Origin: the human T2T-CHM13v2.0 reference genome, Homo sapiens
Assembly (NCBI RefSeq): GCF_009914755.1
Contig: NC_060938.1
DNA length: 64,000 nt
Strand: one strand, 5' to 3'
Shown: positions 17,294 through 32,501 of the stretch, piece after piece
Numbering within the stretch: position 1 is the stretch's first letter
Layout of the letters: every line of letters starts with the position of its first letter
Made by a program: the position numbers and the translations under genes
The notes under the pieces: generated by a model
What the model saw: the letters and a program-made list of their open reading frames with translations, nothing else
The model's database searches: none
Told to the model about the DNA's origin: nothing

Positions 17294-17416
17294 GATGTGG
17301 TTGCTATTGAATCTGAAGTAAAATCAATGGAAAAAAGAGTTTCAAAAATCAAAACTATCCTATTATCAAAAGAAATATTTGATTTTTCACCTGAAGAACA
17401 TCTCAAACATGGGGAG
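17294..17416 (+). CDS. SYNE2: nesprin-2 exon 7 of window, DVVAIESE...LKHGE
   Basis: attctag| ... GAG|gtaagc; 123 bp. Confidence 0.93.
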
Positions 17417-18585
17417 GTAAGCATAGATTATTATTTAAAGTATTTTCTTATGATACTTATTATGTCTTTTTCAAAATATAATATAATGTGATTTAAAAAA
17501 GCATTTAGTCTTACCAGAGTAATAGCAAAATAAGGTTGGGAAATTGATGGGAATAACTATAACTGTATATTTAAATCGTAGTTGTAGTACCACCTATGTA
17601 AAGATAATTTTCCTATAGGTTATTTTTTCATTTAAATCAAACTCAAGGGCTTGAGCACCTAATTCAGGCTGAACTGGGTTCCAGCCCCAGCTAGACTGCT
17701 CACTGGCTGCATGACTGAGTAATTAATGGTTTTTGGATTCTCTTTCATATCCGTGCACTGGTACTGAGGAGATTACATTGGCCAATTGTAATGTAAATAG
17801 AGCCCCTGACAGAGGAGCTGGGACATGACTAAACAGCAGGCAAATGTTGATCCCCTGCTCAGCCTAGTGATTGAGAGCATGTGGTTTAGGACTAGGGAGG
17901 CCTGGATTCTGTTCCCAGCTCTGCCTCTTACAGACTAAGCTTACCTGGATCTTCTAACTTCTGTGAGCCCAATTTCCTCACCTGTGAAATGGAGGTTAGG
18001 ATACTTACCTCTCGAGGGGTTGTGAGGATTAAATGAAATGATATTATATGAGATATGACTTAGTACGGTGAGTAATCTCTTCTAATGTATTGGTTACATA
18101 AATCCAGATTTCTATGGATCAGATGTTATTAAAGCAAAATATAATTATACTCCTGGGACTCATGCAGCACAGTTCTGTTCAAGTCAATAAGCACTTTTGA
18201 GGGCCTACTATACGGGAAGTCCTGTGCTAGGTGTAGTTGCTACGAAAGTGAGAGGCAGTACCTGCCCTTACATTGCTCACTGCCTAGTGACAATATACAC
18301 AGCAGAACGCCAGTTCTACACAGAAAGTGGAGGGAGAAAAGGAAGAAAAAGTTGTCCAAATGCGTAATTTAGTATTGGTAGGTTACTCTTGCCCCAGTTA
18401 TTCTTTCCTGAGACTTTCAACTCCCGGATCATGAGTGATATAATAGTTCTTTTCAATCTGAGCTAAGAAATTATTTTAAAAATGCAAACTATAAAAACTA
18501 TACTGTATTTTAATTTTGAATAATTAAATTTAACAGTGGCCATTGTCTTTTCATTTCTGTAACATGCTTCTCTTATATAATTAAG

Positions 18586-18768
18586 GTCATACTTGAAAAT
18601 ATACGTCCCATGAAGAAAACCATTGCTGAGATAGTGTCTTACCAAGTGGAACTGAGGTTGCCCCAAACAGGAATGAAACCTCTGCCTGTGTTTCAGCGGA
18701 CAAATCAGCTTTTACAAGATATAAAACTATTGGAACATGTGACTCAAGAACAAAATGAGTTATTAAAG
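18586..18768 (+). CDS. SYNE2: nesprin-2 exon 8 of window, VILENIRP...NELLK
   Basis: aattaag| ... AAG|gtaagc; 183 bp; weak AAG acceptor. Confidence 0.92.
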
Positions 18769-21068
18769 GTAAGCAGTTTCTGATGACATCCAACTTACTG
18801 GATGAAAATGTTCACCAAAAGCTGGTTTGGTTTTCACTTCTAATTGAAATTCATTATTATCCTATTATTGTAGGAGGTGGCATTTGATATAAAAGCATAT
18901 CTTCATGCTCAAATGGAGCTAAGGTTATTTTTCTCAGTTCTTATCCTTTAAGACATTAAAGCATAGTTATGGTCTATTTAATTTCATTCCACAGTTGTTG
19001 ACCTACATGGGCAAAATGCTGTGGGAAGAGAGTCAAACCTGAACAAGGCATTTGCAGCCTCTGAGGCCAACAGATCTGTAAAGTAATCATCACCATAGTA
19101 ATCTCTGTGTTCATCTCAGTGACTCTCCTATTGATTTTCTCATTACCAAACGTGATGTAGGTAGAGTAGGCACTTTATCTTTATTTTTACAGATAAGGAA
19201 ATTGGCATCAGGGTTAAGTGACTTGCTGAAAGACCACAGAGTTAACTTGTGTAGAGGTTAATTTATGTACACATGGAACAAGAATTTGAGTTTCTAAACT
19301 CCTGGTGTCATTTCTGCATATTGAGAGCTGATATTCTTCATCTTCTCCCCAGAGGGGTTTTGTGTTGTGGTGGTGGTGGTGGTGGTTGGGTTTTGTTGAA
19401 TCACTACTCTCCATCAGGAATCATCATTAGTTAGGAATAATCTTTAGTTTGTATTCCTGGATCAATAATCACTCCCACAAGAACAGAAAGTTGCAGAAAG
19501 TCTGCACAGACTTCCAACCGTCTCCGTCAACCTCCTGCATGCTGCCTTTCCTGATTAGATGGGTCACTGTAAGGGTTATTTTTCATTTTTCATGACCGCC
19601 TTCTGGTTGTAAGAAGAAAAATGACTATATGTTTTTCCCTCTTAAATTTCATGCACATTTTGGTGGCCACTCTGTTCTCCTAAGGTTTGAGGAGACTGTA
19701 ATCTCTGGTTTGAGTCTTAACTCAGTTTCTCTGGTCTGGCTGCTGGTCAACTGATGTCATTCTGTAACACCTACAGAGAGAAGAAAGATCTAGCACTCAA
19801 TGTACTACCTTGTAATAATATAAAGAGAAAAAAATATAAAATTTGATCCATTATTTTCATCCTTTTGTGCTTTATTAGTCTCCTGGTCAGAAAAAGAAAG
19901 CCACGGTCCTAACTATGCTTTCAAGTGGCTTCTTCACAGACGAAATGGGTGAAATAGAAGAGGCAGTTCTGTTTTGTGCCAAGTTAGGTATCAAACTATG
20001 CTGCTCAAATTTTCCATCTCATTGTGCTGGTGGCAATCAGATGTCCCCTCATATATTTCAAAGCTAAGGAAGACAGTGGTGAAGACAATCATTAGAATAT
20101 GGTACATTTCCTTTGATTTCTACTTTAGATATTGTAAGTACCCTCATTGTAGAAAATAAGACAAATTCCTTTTGTGGAGAGAACGGGATGTAGTTCATTA
20201 TTGAGGGCTGGGGAACAGATGTGCACAGTGAACATAGTTATTCATTTCCAGCCTATGGCTAAAATTATAGTTAAATATTAAAGAAAATACAAGGAAGAAT
20301 TTCGTGTTGGCTAGAAACTTTATAGTTTTAAAAGGCATTTTGCTTCATTATGTAGCATACCAAAGAAGTATCTAGTTTTTCTTTTGAAGTCTGTTTCTTT
20401 GTTTTTCATCGTGCTTAATCATATTATTTAGTCCACAGATAGGTCTGAGCTTTCCTGCTCCCCTAGCACTAGATGCCAGGTATTGTTCTGGTTAGTTCTT
20501 ATTCTGCAAATTTAGACTGTTCTTGAACCCTCAGCCTCTTACTCGTAAAACACACATCACTGATCCCAAGGGGTACCAGGTGAAGATGAGTCTGGACCGG
20601 GAAAACCCATCATCACTGACCTCACATGCTCTGTTCAGTCTGAATTGTTATGTCACCTTTCTATGCGGAAAGCCCCCCCCCTCCCCCCGCCATGGAATAT
20701 GTATTAAAATGGTGTATGTGACTTGTCAGTAACTTCTCAAAAGTTAGCAACTTTATGTTAACACGCCATAAAATGCTTTCCAGAATAAACCCACTGGACC
20801 AGAAATACTTAAGAGCAAAGGTGTGTCCAGTGAGACTTGTACTTTAAGCACTGCCCAAGGTGCCCTGGCATCTAGTAGAGCAAGAAGATCAGGTGTCAGC
20901 TTTGCAAACATTCTTCTCTCTGTTTAGGCTACCACGTCCTATTGAAATCTCAATGGGTGCATATTTGCTGTGAGTGATTAAAACTTCCATGGGGCTAGAC
21001 AATGAAAATAGTCCATTAATCTGCTTAGATTATGACAAAGATTCTTTTTTGTGGGGGTTATTTTATAG

Positions 21069-21200
21069 GTAGTCATAAAACAGACCAATGAATGGGATGA
21101 AGAAATAGAAAATTTGAAACAGATCTTAAATAATTATTCAGCTCAGTTCTCCCTTGAACATATGTCACCAGACCAAGCTGACAAGCTGCCACAACTACAG
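21069..21200 (+). CDS. SYNE2: nesprin-2 exon 9 of window, VVIKQTNEWDEE...LPQLQ
   Basis: ttttatag| ... CAG|gtatgt; 132 bp. Confidence 0.93.
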
Positions 21201-21770
21201 GTATGTTTCTTTCATTCATAAAGGTATGTTTCATTTGTCCATCAGTGCATTTATTTAATACTTACTAAGCCTTTGGTGTCTAGGAGCCTTTCTAGTGGTG
21301 CAGTGTAACACCTGTTTCTCTGTAACAATTGAAGGTATTTCTGTGTGTGTTTACTTTCCATCCCTATTTCATAAAATAGATGATTATATAATTATCATTA
21401 CTAAAAAGTGACAAAATTATAGCCCCTGATGTTTGATCAAGAGAAGCCTTATCTGTTTGTAGCCTGGGCAGTCCTAATCCCAGAAACTGAGCCAGGGCTG
21501 CCGCATCTCCTTCTTTAATGGAGGGCTTTTTAAGTGCCCATGGCCTCAGCTTGAAGCATTTTGATGTGAATTTGCTCTGGTACCAAAGAACCTGATATAA
21601 CACACAGGATATTTGGACAACCTGACTTTCTGGGATAGAGTCAGGCAGTGTAGGCAGGCTGGGCTTCAGCAGTGAAGACCCTGAATACTATTGTAATGAA
21701 GAATTCCATATTCTAAGCAGTATTGCCATACTGACATATTGCCATATGTCAGAATTAACAGTGTCCTGTG

Positions 21771-22104
<334 letters not shown>

Positions 22105-22743
22105 TTACAATGGTTTGCATGTTAACCATCTGTTGCTAGGTTTTTTCAGTCTTTGTTTTTGAAGTAGCATTTCTATAATAAAAAACAACAACAACAAAAA
22201 AACGTGATTGTATGCTAAGGGTAATAGAGAGCTGCTTTTTTTTCTTGCCATCAAATTGATACAGGCAAGCAATTAATATGGTACTCAAAAGAAGATTACA
22301 CTACTCGCCAGCTGTGAGACCTGGGACAAGTGATTTGACATCTACAGTGAAGTACAGGAGAGTGCAAGATGACACAGCTGTTAAATGGTGGATCAATAAT
22401 TCCCACTCAGTAATGAAGACTCAGTATTGTAAAAATATTAGATTTCCCCTTATGCTAAAAAATCAAGGACCCCAGAGAGCTTTTGTTTATATGAATTATA
22501 TCCATTGATAACTAAATTAAAACTCAGAAATGTAAAAACATTCATTTAGTTTTTAAGCAACAATAATAAACCCACTACATATTAATAGGAATAACTATTT
22601 TTATTTTCTTTTTTTTAGAGATGAGGTCTCACTGTGTTACCCAGGCTGTAGTAGAAGTAACATTTTTTTAAAGTAGTTATATTTTCTAAAACAAATAGTA
22701 ATGAGAAGAGTGACATTGTTTTATGTATTTGTAATCTCTTTAA

Positions 22744-22845
22744 TATCTGGCTTAATATTAGGTCAGTGCAAAAGTAATTCCAGTTTTTACCATTAAAAGT
22801 AATGACAAAAACCGCGATTACTTTTGCACCCACCTAATGGACAGA
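22744..22845 (-). ncRNA. MIR548H1: pre-miRNA hairpin mir-548h-1; mature 5p AAAAGUAAUCGCGGUUUUUGUC at 22804-22825
   Basis: Reverse complement forms a long hairpin with the recognised miR-548h-5p sequence; MADE1-derived. Confidence 0.88.
22758..22837. mobile_element. MADE1 mariner MITE (80 bp palindrome)
   Basis: TTAGGT...ACCTAA inverted repeats, exactly 80 bp, TA on left and TG on right. Confidence 0.92.
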
Positions 22846-23483
22846 TGTGGGTGCTGCAAATGTTTCTGCATTTGATCTGCTGAAGCATGTAGTTTTGTTT
22901 TAAGTATAGGAAGACAATCCAGCCTCTCAAAGACATGCACTTGGAAGATGGAGGAATATTTTAATAGTCCTTTTGAATAATTGTGGACATTTTTCTTTGA
23001 AACTATACTAAAACCCAACAAGTGCAAAGTATGTATTAATTGTAAAACGGAATCTAAACCCATGTCAATGAACTTTATACGTTTTTACATTAAAATTTAC
23101 TGGCCTACTTTGTACTTCGAATGGATCTTCTAACAATGCATGATTTTATAACATCACGCTCGATCACTTGGAAAATCCTGATTAGCTGAGTTAGGCAGAT
23201 CTTCCAAATGTTGACACATTGTCAATATTTCTTTAAATCATAGTTGTTAATATTAACACTTATCTCTTCAGAAAAAATCTTTTAGTATTTAAGGAAAGCA
23301 ATACAGTTTATCAGCTGGCTTTTTTTCACGTAAAAATAGTGTTCTGTGAATAAAAAGGATAGTTCAGCTTACAACTCAAACAGTAGCATAAGTGCTTTTT
23401 CTCAACCATTGGCCCTTGGTATGCAGCAGAAGTGCCATATGCATACTTTCCATTTTTTCACAAAGAATACTAAAAATACATAC

Positions 23484-23917
23484 TGCTGTGGTTTGAATGT
23501 TTTTTCCTCCCAAAAAATGTTGCCTCCCCTCCCCCCAACATTTTTGTTCATGTTGAAACTTAATCACCAACACAGCAGTATCGGGAGGTGTGGCCTTTGG
23601 GAGGTGATTGAGTCATGAGGGCTCTTCCCTCATGAATGGGATTAGGTGCCCTCAGAAAAGGGCTTGAGGGAGGGAGTCCACCCATTTTTGCCCTTCTGCT
23701 TTGTGCCGTGTGAGAACACGACAAATCTCCCTTTAGGAAGATGTAGTCTTCAATGCGCCATCTTGGAAACAGAGAACAGCCCTCACCAGACACCAAACGT
23801 ACCAATACTTTGATCCTGGACTTCCCAGTCTCCAGAACTGTGAGAAATAAATTTCTGTTCTTTATAAGTTACCCAGTCACAGATATTCTGTTACGGCAGC
23901 ACAAATAAACTAAGACA
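23484..23917 (+). mobile_element. MST-family MaLR solo LTR
   Basis: TG...tggtttgaatgt start, aataaatttctgttc, aaactaagaCA end; TSD catac/catat. Confidence 0.85.
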
Positions 23918-25669
23918 CATATTTTTATCAAGGACATTCTTAAGGAAAATGGAATTTTTTTTACTATAAATACATCAAAGTGAAGAACCCAGTAACAACG
24001 AATATACTTGGTGTTCCTGCCTTGATTCATATTAGGTGCCGGTAGTTTTACCCACCATTGCTTTCATGCCATCAGTGCAAATGTCAGTATGGTGTAAAAG
24101 GCAAATAACATTTTAGTATTATGAAAATGATCTCGACCTCATGGACTGTGGCCAGGGGTCTGCAGATGCTGCTTTGAGAGCAGCTGCTCCATGTAGGACT
24201 GTGCCTCTACTCTGTTTGTGTTATCCTAGTGGCTGTAGTATTGCTCTTGTCAGGAGGCAGTGTACCTCTGAAGTTTAGTGTTTGTTGAAAGTGGAACACA
24301 AAATGCAGCCAACTCAGATTTAAGTCAAACAGTTGTTATTTCCCAAAAGCAATCACAGAAATTTTGACTTCAGACAGAATAGGGGTATTGGCATAGAAAT
24401 GTGTGCAGTACAGCCAGGAGAAAGCCCAGGCCTGTGCTCTGCTGTGTGCTAGTTGCAGCTTTGGACAAATCACCTTCTTTCTCTGGCCTTTAGAACTCTC
24501 TCTTGCAGGTGGAGACAGATTACGTTTCTCTGTTTTGTAAGAAAATTATTGCTTCTATGACTATCTGTAGGATGGGTGGATGGATGAACTGACAGCAAGA
24601 AAGGAAGACATAACGAGGAAAGAATAGGGGTCTAAGGAATATATTAGGAACAAATTTCAAACACATGAAGGTTTTCTAAAAAGGAGCAGGCTGCTTCTGA
24701 TGCAGTACTCACTTCAGGAGCTCAGGCAAGTTGAATGACATCTCTCAGAGGTGCTAGAGAGGAGGATGTTAGTGTATTTGTCACCTGCTGTTTCTTCCAA
24801 AGCTAAGAATCTATAATCCTATAGTCATCTCAGACATACAGTGGGCATCTGCATATCTGCCATGAATAAGAAATTTGATCTGCACATATCAATAATATAA
24901 ATGTTAAAAGTAACATCACGAAGCTTGAGATCATCTGTCCATCATTCCCATAATAAGATATACTACATGGTACCTTTATTTGTTTACCTATTCCTATTTA
25001 GTAGGAAGATTTTACTGTAGAAAAAGTAAATGATTGAGCAGGATAGACTCTGCTTAAAAAAAAAAGTAAATGAATTTAGTAATACCAAAGAAGCCTTCAA
25101 AGATGATAATAAAAGAATGAGATTTCTGTCTTCATTTTCTCTCAGTGATTCCCAAATGTTAGTCTGCTTAAGAATTTCCTGGAGAGACGTGGGAACATGT
25201 CTCCTGGGGACATGCATTTTTAATATGCTTTGGGACACAATGGAAAGTCTGCATAAGGCACTTATGCAGTGTTGGTTAGTGTGCAGACTCCGGGGCCCTG
25301 CCCCGTGGATCCTGGTTCTCTCAGTCCTGTAGCTGGCCACTAGAGCGGTAGCTCCCAACCCTGGCCGCACACCACAGTCACGTGTGGAGCATGTTACAAG
25401 TTTCCATGCTTTGGCTCAACCCGCAGAGATTCTGATTCACAAGGTCTCTGGTAAGGCTGAGGCATCCTATAGCTTATAAACCCTACACAGGACCTTTGGA
25501 ATTGTATCCAGGATGGAAAGGAGCTATACTGTACCAGAGACTAGCTTCTGGCTTTGTAAACCAAATAGCAAAGAAAAATCTTCAGCCCTTGTACCAAAGG
25601 AAGCAGGCTGCTCTGGGCCTGCAGAGGCCTCAGACTTCTCAAACCTATGCAAACACTCTTTCTACACAG

Positions 25670-25867
25670 GGAGAAATCGAACATATGGAGAAACAGATTC
25701 TGAGTTTGAACCAGAGAAAAGAAGACCTGTTGGTGGACTTGAAGGCCACCGTACTAAACCTTCACCAGCATTTGAAGCAAGAACAAGAAGGAGTAGAAAG
25801 AGATAGGCTGCCAGCTGTAACATCAGAGGAAGGTGGAGTGGCAGAGAGGGATGCTTCTGAGCGGAAG
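25670..25867 (+). CDS. SYNE2: nesprin-2 exon 10 of window, GEIEHMEK...ASERK
   Basis: ctacacag| ... AAG|gtgggt; 198 bp. Confidence 0.93.
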
Positions 25868-26467
25868 GTGGGTATGACTTTAGGTTAATGCTGGCCCCAC
25901 ACTCCACAAGAGCATTAATGGGTAGTGTTTTCCACCTGAACGACCTGTGGCATCTATGTCTATGGCCTGTAGTAAAGGAATTTTTTAAAGTGGAAATACT
26001 CAACCTGAGGTTGTTTACTAGTGAATATAAATCCTCAGGGTGTGCCTGTTCTGGACTCCACCCAGAATTCTTAACACCTGAATTACTTTAGGACATGCTT
26101 ATAAAATTTCACAGGCAGGTGGATCAAGCCTCCCTTTGAAGTATCTTCGTACAGAAAAGTCAGCCCTTTGCAGACTCAAGAAGGGCCCAGTGCCTAAGTC
26201 TTCTCTGCATTCACATCAATGAATCACATTCTTTAATCGTTTATGAAGGGGCACAGGGGGCCATGAAAATAACAAGACCTAAGGTTTGACTGACTCCGGA
26301 TATCTGGCTGGAGGAGCTGAACGGACCAGGAGACAGGCTTCTTGTGGGGGTGGGCATCTTGGATAAAGTAAGTAAAAAATTAGCTACATAAAAATGCAGC
26401 TGGACTGGGATCTTGGTGATGTTGACTGGCAAGCAGACTGCAGGTATTCTTGTGCTGTGCCTTTCAG

Positions 26468-26542
26468 TTGAACAGAAGAGGCTCCATGTCTTACCTGGCA
26501 GCAGTCGAGGAAGAGGTGGAAGAAAGTTCCGTGAAGAGCGAT
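26468..26542 (+). CDS. SYNE2: nesprin-2 exon 11 of window (75 bp), LNRRGSMSYLAAVEEEVEESSVKSD
   Basis: cctttcag| ... GAT|gtaagg; 25 codons. Confidence 0.92.
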
Positions 26543-27444
26543 GTAAGGGAAATGATTTTCTTGTTAAAGTTTGTTAGAACCAGACCTCTAAAAGAAGTCA
26601 ATGAAAAGATCTTAAAGTGAATGGAAACCTAAGAATTTTTAAAATTAATGTTGATATTTTAAAAGTATGATTGAAGTAGTTCTCTTATGTTATTAATGTT
26701 TAAGTGTATGGAAACCTACTTCACTGTGTAAGAGTGAGATGAATGTAATTCAGACACTCTTGTTGGCATACGGGAGAAGGTGAAGAAGTTCTCTGTAGTA
26801 TCCTGATTTCTGAGGACTTTCTCTGAAGTTTTGAGAGCATGCTGTTTGGCACTCCTGGTCTCATTTTTAGAACTGTATTTTTCCGCATTTCAATTACTCT
26901 TTTGCTCTAAAACAGTATTTCCAATGACATGAAGAGTTGTGTTAGCAAGTAATACTAAGAATTTGTACTACTTGATTATAACTGGTTGAATGAGACATTT
27001 TCAGTTGTCTTTTCTGACGTCAGTTTCCATTTCATACTTGAAAAAATAAGTTGCAATGGGTCTTAAGACAAAAGGAAGAAAATTGAAGCAACTTACAATT
27101 TTTGTGACTTACATGTAACCACCAGACACTTTTTGGGCTCATTTTATAGATGGTTAAATAGCTCCACTCTCACACAGAGCAGACCTCTTGTCCTAGAGTG
27201 TGTCGCTGGGACATGGTGGAACTGTGACAAGGAAGAGTACAACTTTACTGTGTGCTCTGTGACCATCAAACAACTTTGCAATCTGATTATACCCCTTCAT
27301 GGCAGAGAGAACTACGAAAATAATGGAGGGACCAGGGGCCAAAAAGAGTGACTTCAGTACGATGTTAATTTGAGACATGTATTTCCTTCTGAGCTGATGT
27401 TTATAGTGTTGTTTGTCTTTGACAGCAACAAAAAAGTACATGTT

Positions 27445-29125
<1,681 letters not shown>

Positions 29126-29174
29126 TGTAATTTTAAAGATAGCATTTTAATTTTTCTAACTTTTACGTATTTTT

Positions 29175-29326
29175 AAATATTTATTTAGAGATGGGATCTC
29201 ACTCTGTTGCCTAGGCTAGAGTGCAGTGGTTCTCACTGCAACCTCCAACTCCTGGCCTCAAGTGATCCTCCCACTTCAGCCTCCCAAAGGGCTGGGTTTA
29301 TGGGTGTGAGTCACAGTGCCTGGCCT
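29175..29326 (-). mobile_element. FLAM/Alu monomer
   Basis: Alu-like monomer. Confidence 0.75.
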
Positions 29327-29403
29327 CAAAGATACCATTTAAGGTTACATTTACCAAAGCAGATTAAATTCCTAAAAGCACCATTTTAAAGATTTCCGTT
29401 GTG

Positions 29404-29573
29404 TGACGTGAGCCGAGCCCCTACTTTTAAAAGTATTTTCTAGGCTTTAGGAAGAGCAGCCACATTTGTAAACATGATATAGTTAGTAAAAAAAATACAG
29501 ATAAAAAAATGGGGGAGGACTGCAATAAAGGGCTGTGGTTACACTGCCTGATAAGTTGAGTCTGGTATAAAAG
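29404..29573 (+). promoter_or_regulatory. candidate internal SYNE2 promoter (CRE-like, forkhead, GATA, TATA)
   Basis: TGACGTGA 29404, TGTAAACA 29467, TGATAAG 29549, TATAAAAG 29566, in non-repeat sequence about 80 bp before an exon. Confidence 0.4.
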
Positions 29574-29649
29574 ACGTGAGTGAGTAGGGCACCGGTTATG
29601 ACAGTAAGGGAAGCTCTTCCCTTTGCTAACCAATCGTTTACTGTGATAG

Positions 29650-29760
29650 AATGGAGATGAGAAGGCAGAGCCATCGCCTCAGTCTTGGTCTTCACTTTGG
29701 AAGCATGACAAGGACATGGAAGAAGACAGAGCTTCCTCATCCTCTGGAACAATTGTTCAG
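29650..29760 (+). CDS. SYNE2: nesprin-2 exon 12 of window, NGDEKAEPSPQSWSSLW...GTIVQ
   Basis: branch-like gctaac, gtgatag| ... CAG|gtaatg; 111 bp. Confidence 0.91.
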
Positions 29761-29789
29761 GTAATGCTGGGCGTATCAGCCACGCTTAG

Positions 29790-30119
<330 letters not shown>

Positions 30120-30219
30120 TAAAATGCCCATTTGTAGCTCAGACAGGAATAAAAATAAGGATAGTAAAGAACTATTTTGTTTAAAGGAATGCTTAGGGAG
30201 GGAACCTGCATGGGCTGAA

Positions 30220-30813
30220 TTTTTTTTTTTTTTTTTTTTTTTTTTAGCTGACAACCATTGTATATATTTATGGTATACAACATGTTTTGAAATGTGTATA
30301 CGTTGGAAATGGCTGTATCAAGCTAATTAACATATGCATTACCTCACATATTTGTCATCTTTTCAGTAATTAGAACACCTAAAATCTAGTCGCTTAGCAA
30401 CTTTTAAGTATACAATACATTATTATTAACTATAATTGCCATGTTATACATAGATTCTCTTGAACTTATTCCTGCTGTTCAACTGAAATTTTGTGTCCTT
30501 TGACCAACATCTCCCCAGGCCCTCTCTCAGCCCCCAACAGCCCTGGTAACCACCATCCTATTCTCTGCTTCTATGCAGTCCATATTTTTTAGATTACACA
30601 TGTAAGTGAGATCATACAGTATTTATCATTCTGTGCCTGGCTTATTTCATTTAACATAATGTCTTCCGGTTCATCCATATTGTCACAAATGACAGAACCT
30701 CCTTCTTTTTGAAGGCTGGCTAGTACTCTGTTGTGTATATATGCCACATGTTCTTTCTCCATTCATCAGTTGATGGACACTTCGGTTGCTTCTCTATCTT
30801 GGCTACCGTGAAT
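30220..30813 (-). mobile_element. L1MA-type 3' end with poly(T) tail
   Basis: T-tract then gctaattaacatatgcattacctcacata motif; KQPKCPSTDEW-like peptide. Confidence 0.8.
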
Positions 30814-31965
30814 CTTTGAAAGCTTCTCACATTACCTTTGCACAAATGCAAAGACAGCCTTAATGAGCACCTGCTTGGTTCTATTTCTATTGTGTACTTA
30901 ATAACAGGAGAGTACTTTTTTTGAGGAAAACTCCATATATGTGAAAATCCAAACTGACCAAACAGATACCTCAAAGGAGCAGCTAAAAGCTTCACTGCAC
31001 TGTTTTACCAAAGCATGTAAATTAACATGCCACTCTTTTGGGAGTTTTGGGTGGAGGGTCTCTCCATAATCTTTTTTTTTTTTTTTTGTGGAACAAAGTA
31101 GTATGTAAGATAAATTAGATGCGCTAAGTCTTTTTACTCCTTATGACATTCTAAATATTTTCCAGTCTCTCAAATGGTCTCACTTTAGAAAATCATTGTA
31201 AGGCTATGTGAAAACTACGTGCTTCCTTTGCTCCCGGAAGATCTCTGCATCCTCGTGATCCATAAACCTCTCACTCCTGCCTCCTGTCCAGGGCTGACCC
31301 CTCCCCCTGCTCTCAGGCCAACTCTTTCCTTAATCATTGGCGCCATTCTCTGCCTATACCTGCCTTGTCAGTCTCTGCCTCTGGCTAGGTTCCTTCCTTC
31401 TCTACCTCAGTACTCAGGCTTCCCCTCCCTAACATGTTCTCTTCCTTGTGGCCCCACTACTTCAAACAGAGAGATAGTTCCAGAACCAGCCTGCATCTTC
31501 AGTAGCTCCACAGAAGGCTTTGGTCCCTGGGATGCCCTTTCTCCATGCCTCTCTGTAGACTTCCTTCCCATCCACAAAGACCCATCTCAACTTCCCCTGC
31601 TCCAAGAAACCTCCTGACATCCTGCAAAGGAAATTGCTGTCTCTTTCCCTGTTTTCCAATAGGATTCTGAACCTCAATTATGACTTAGCACATTTTTATG
31701 AATACACCTGATACGATTTCATGAGTGGAAAGAAGCTTATCGTTTATATCCTATACTCAGCTCAGTATGGTACTTTAATGAACTGAATTTCTGGATCCTG
31801 CTTCCCATGTCAATTACTACACTTCGTCTTTCATTTGCTACTGAAGGTCTTTCCTTGGTGTTCTACTCCCTCGGCCCCTTTTGTAATCTTGTTTCAGCCT
31901 CTGGCTATGCTTAAACTGCCATTGACTTCTGGAGTACAAATTCAATACCCTTTTATTAGTCCTAA

Positions 31966-32501
<536 letters not shown>

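Larger units (their letters stand above)
22420..24186 (-). mobile_element. Charlie1-type hAT DNA transposon relic hosting MADE1 and an MST LTR
   Basis: 23920-24186 reverse complement resembles the Charlie1 5' end; left boundary approximate. Confidence 0.7.

Noticed and set aside
21084-21104. TNEWDEE resembling a kinesin-light-chain W-acidic motif
   Set aside because: Lacks the L/M before E-W-D and probably lies in a spectrin-repeat helix; the known nesprin LEWD motif is near the C-terminus, outside this window
25496-25669. 58-codon open extension upstream of the 25670 exon
   Set aside because: No in-frame ATG and no clearly better upstream acceptor
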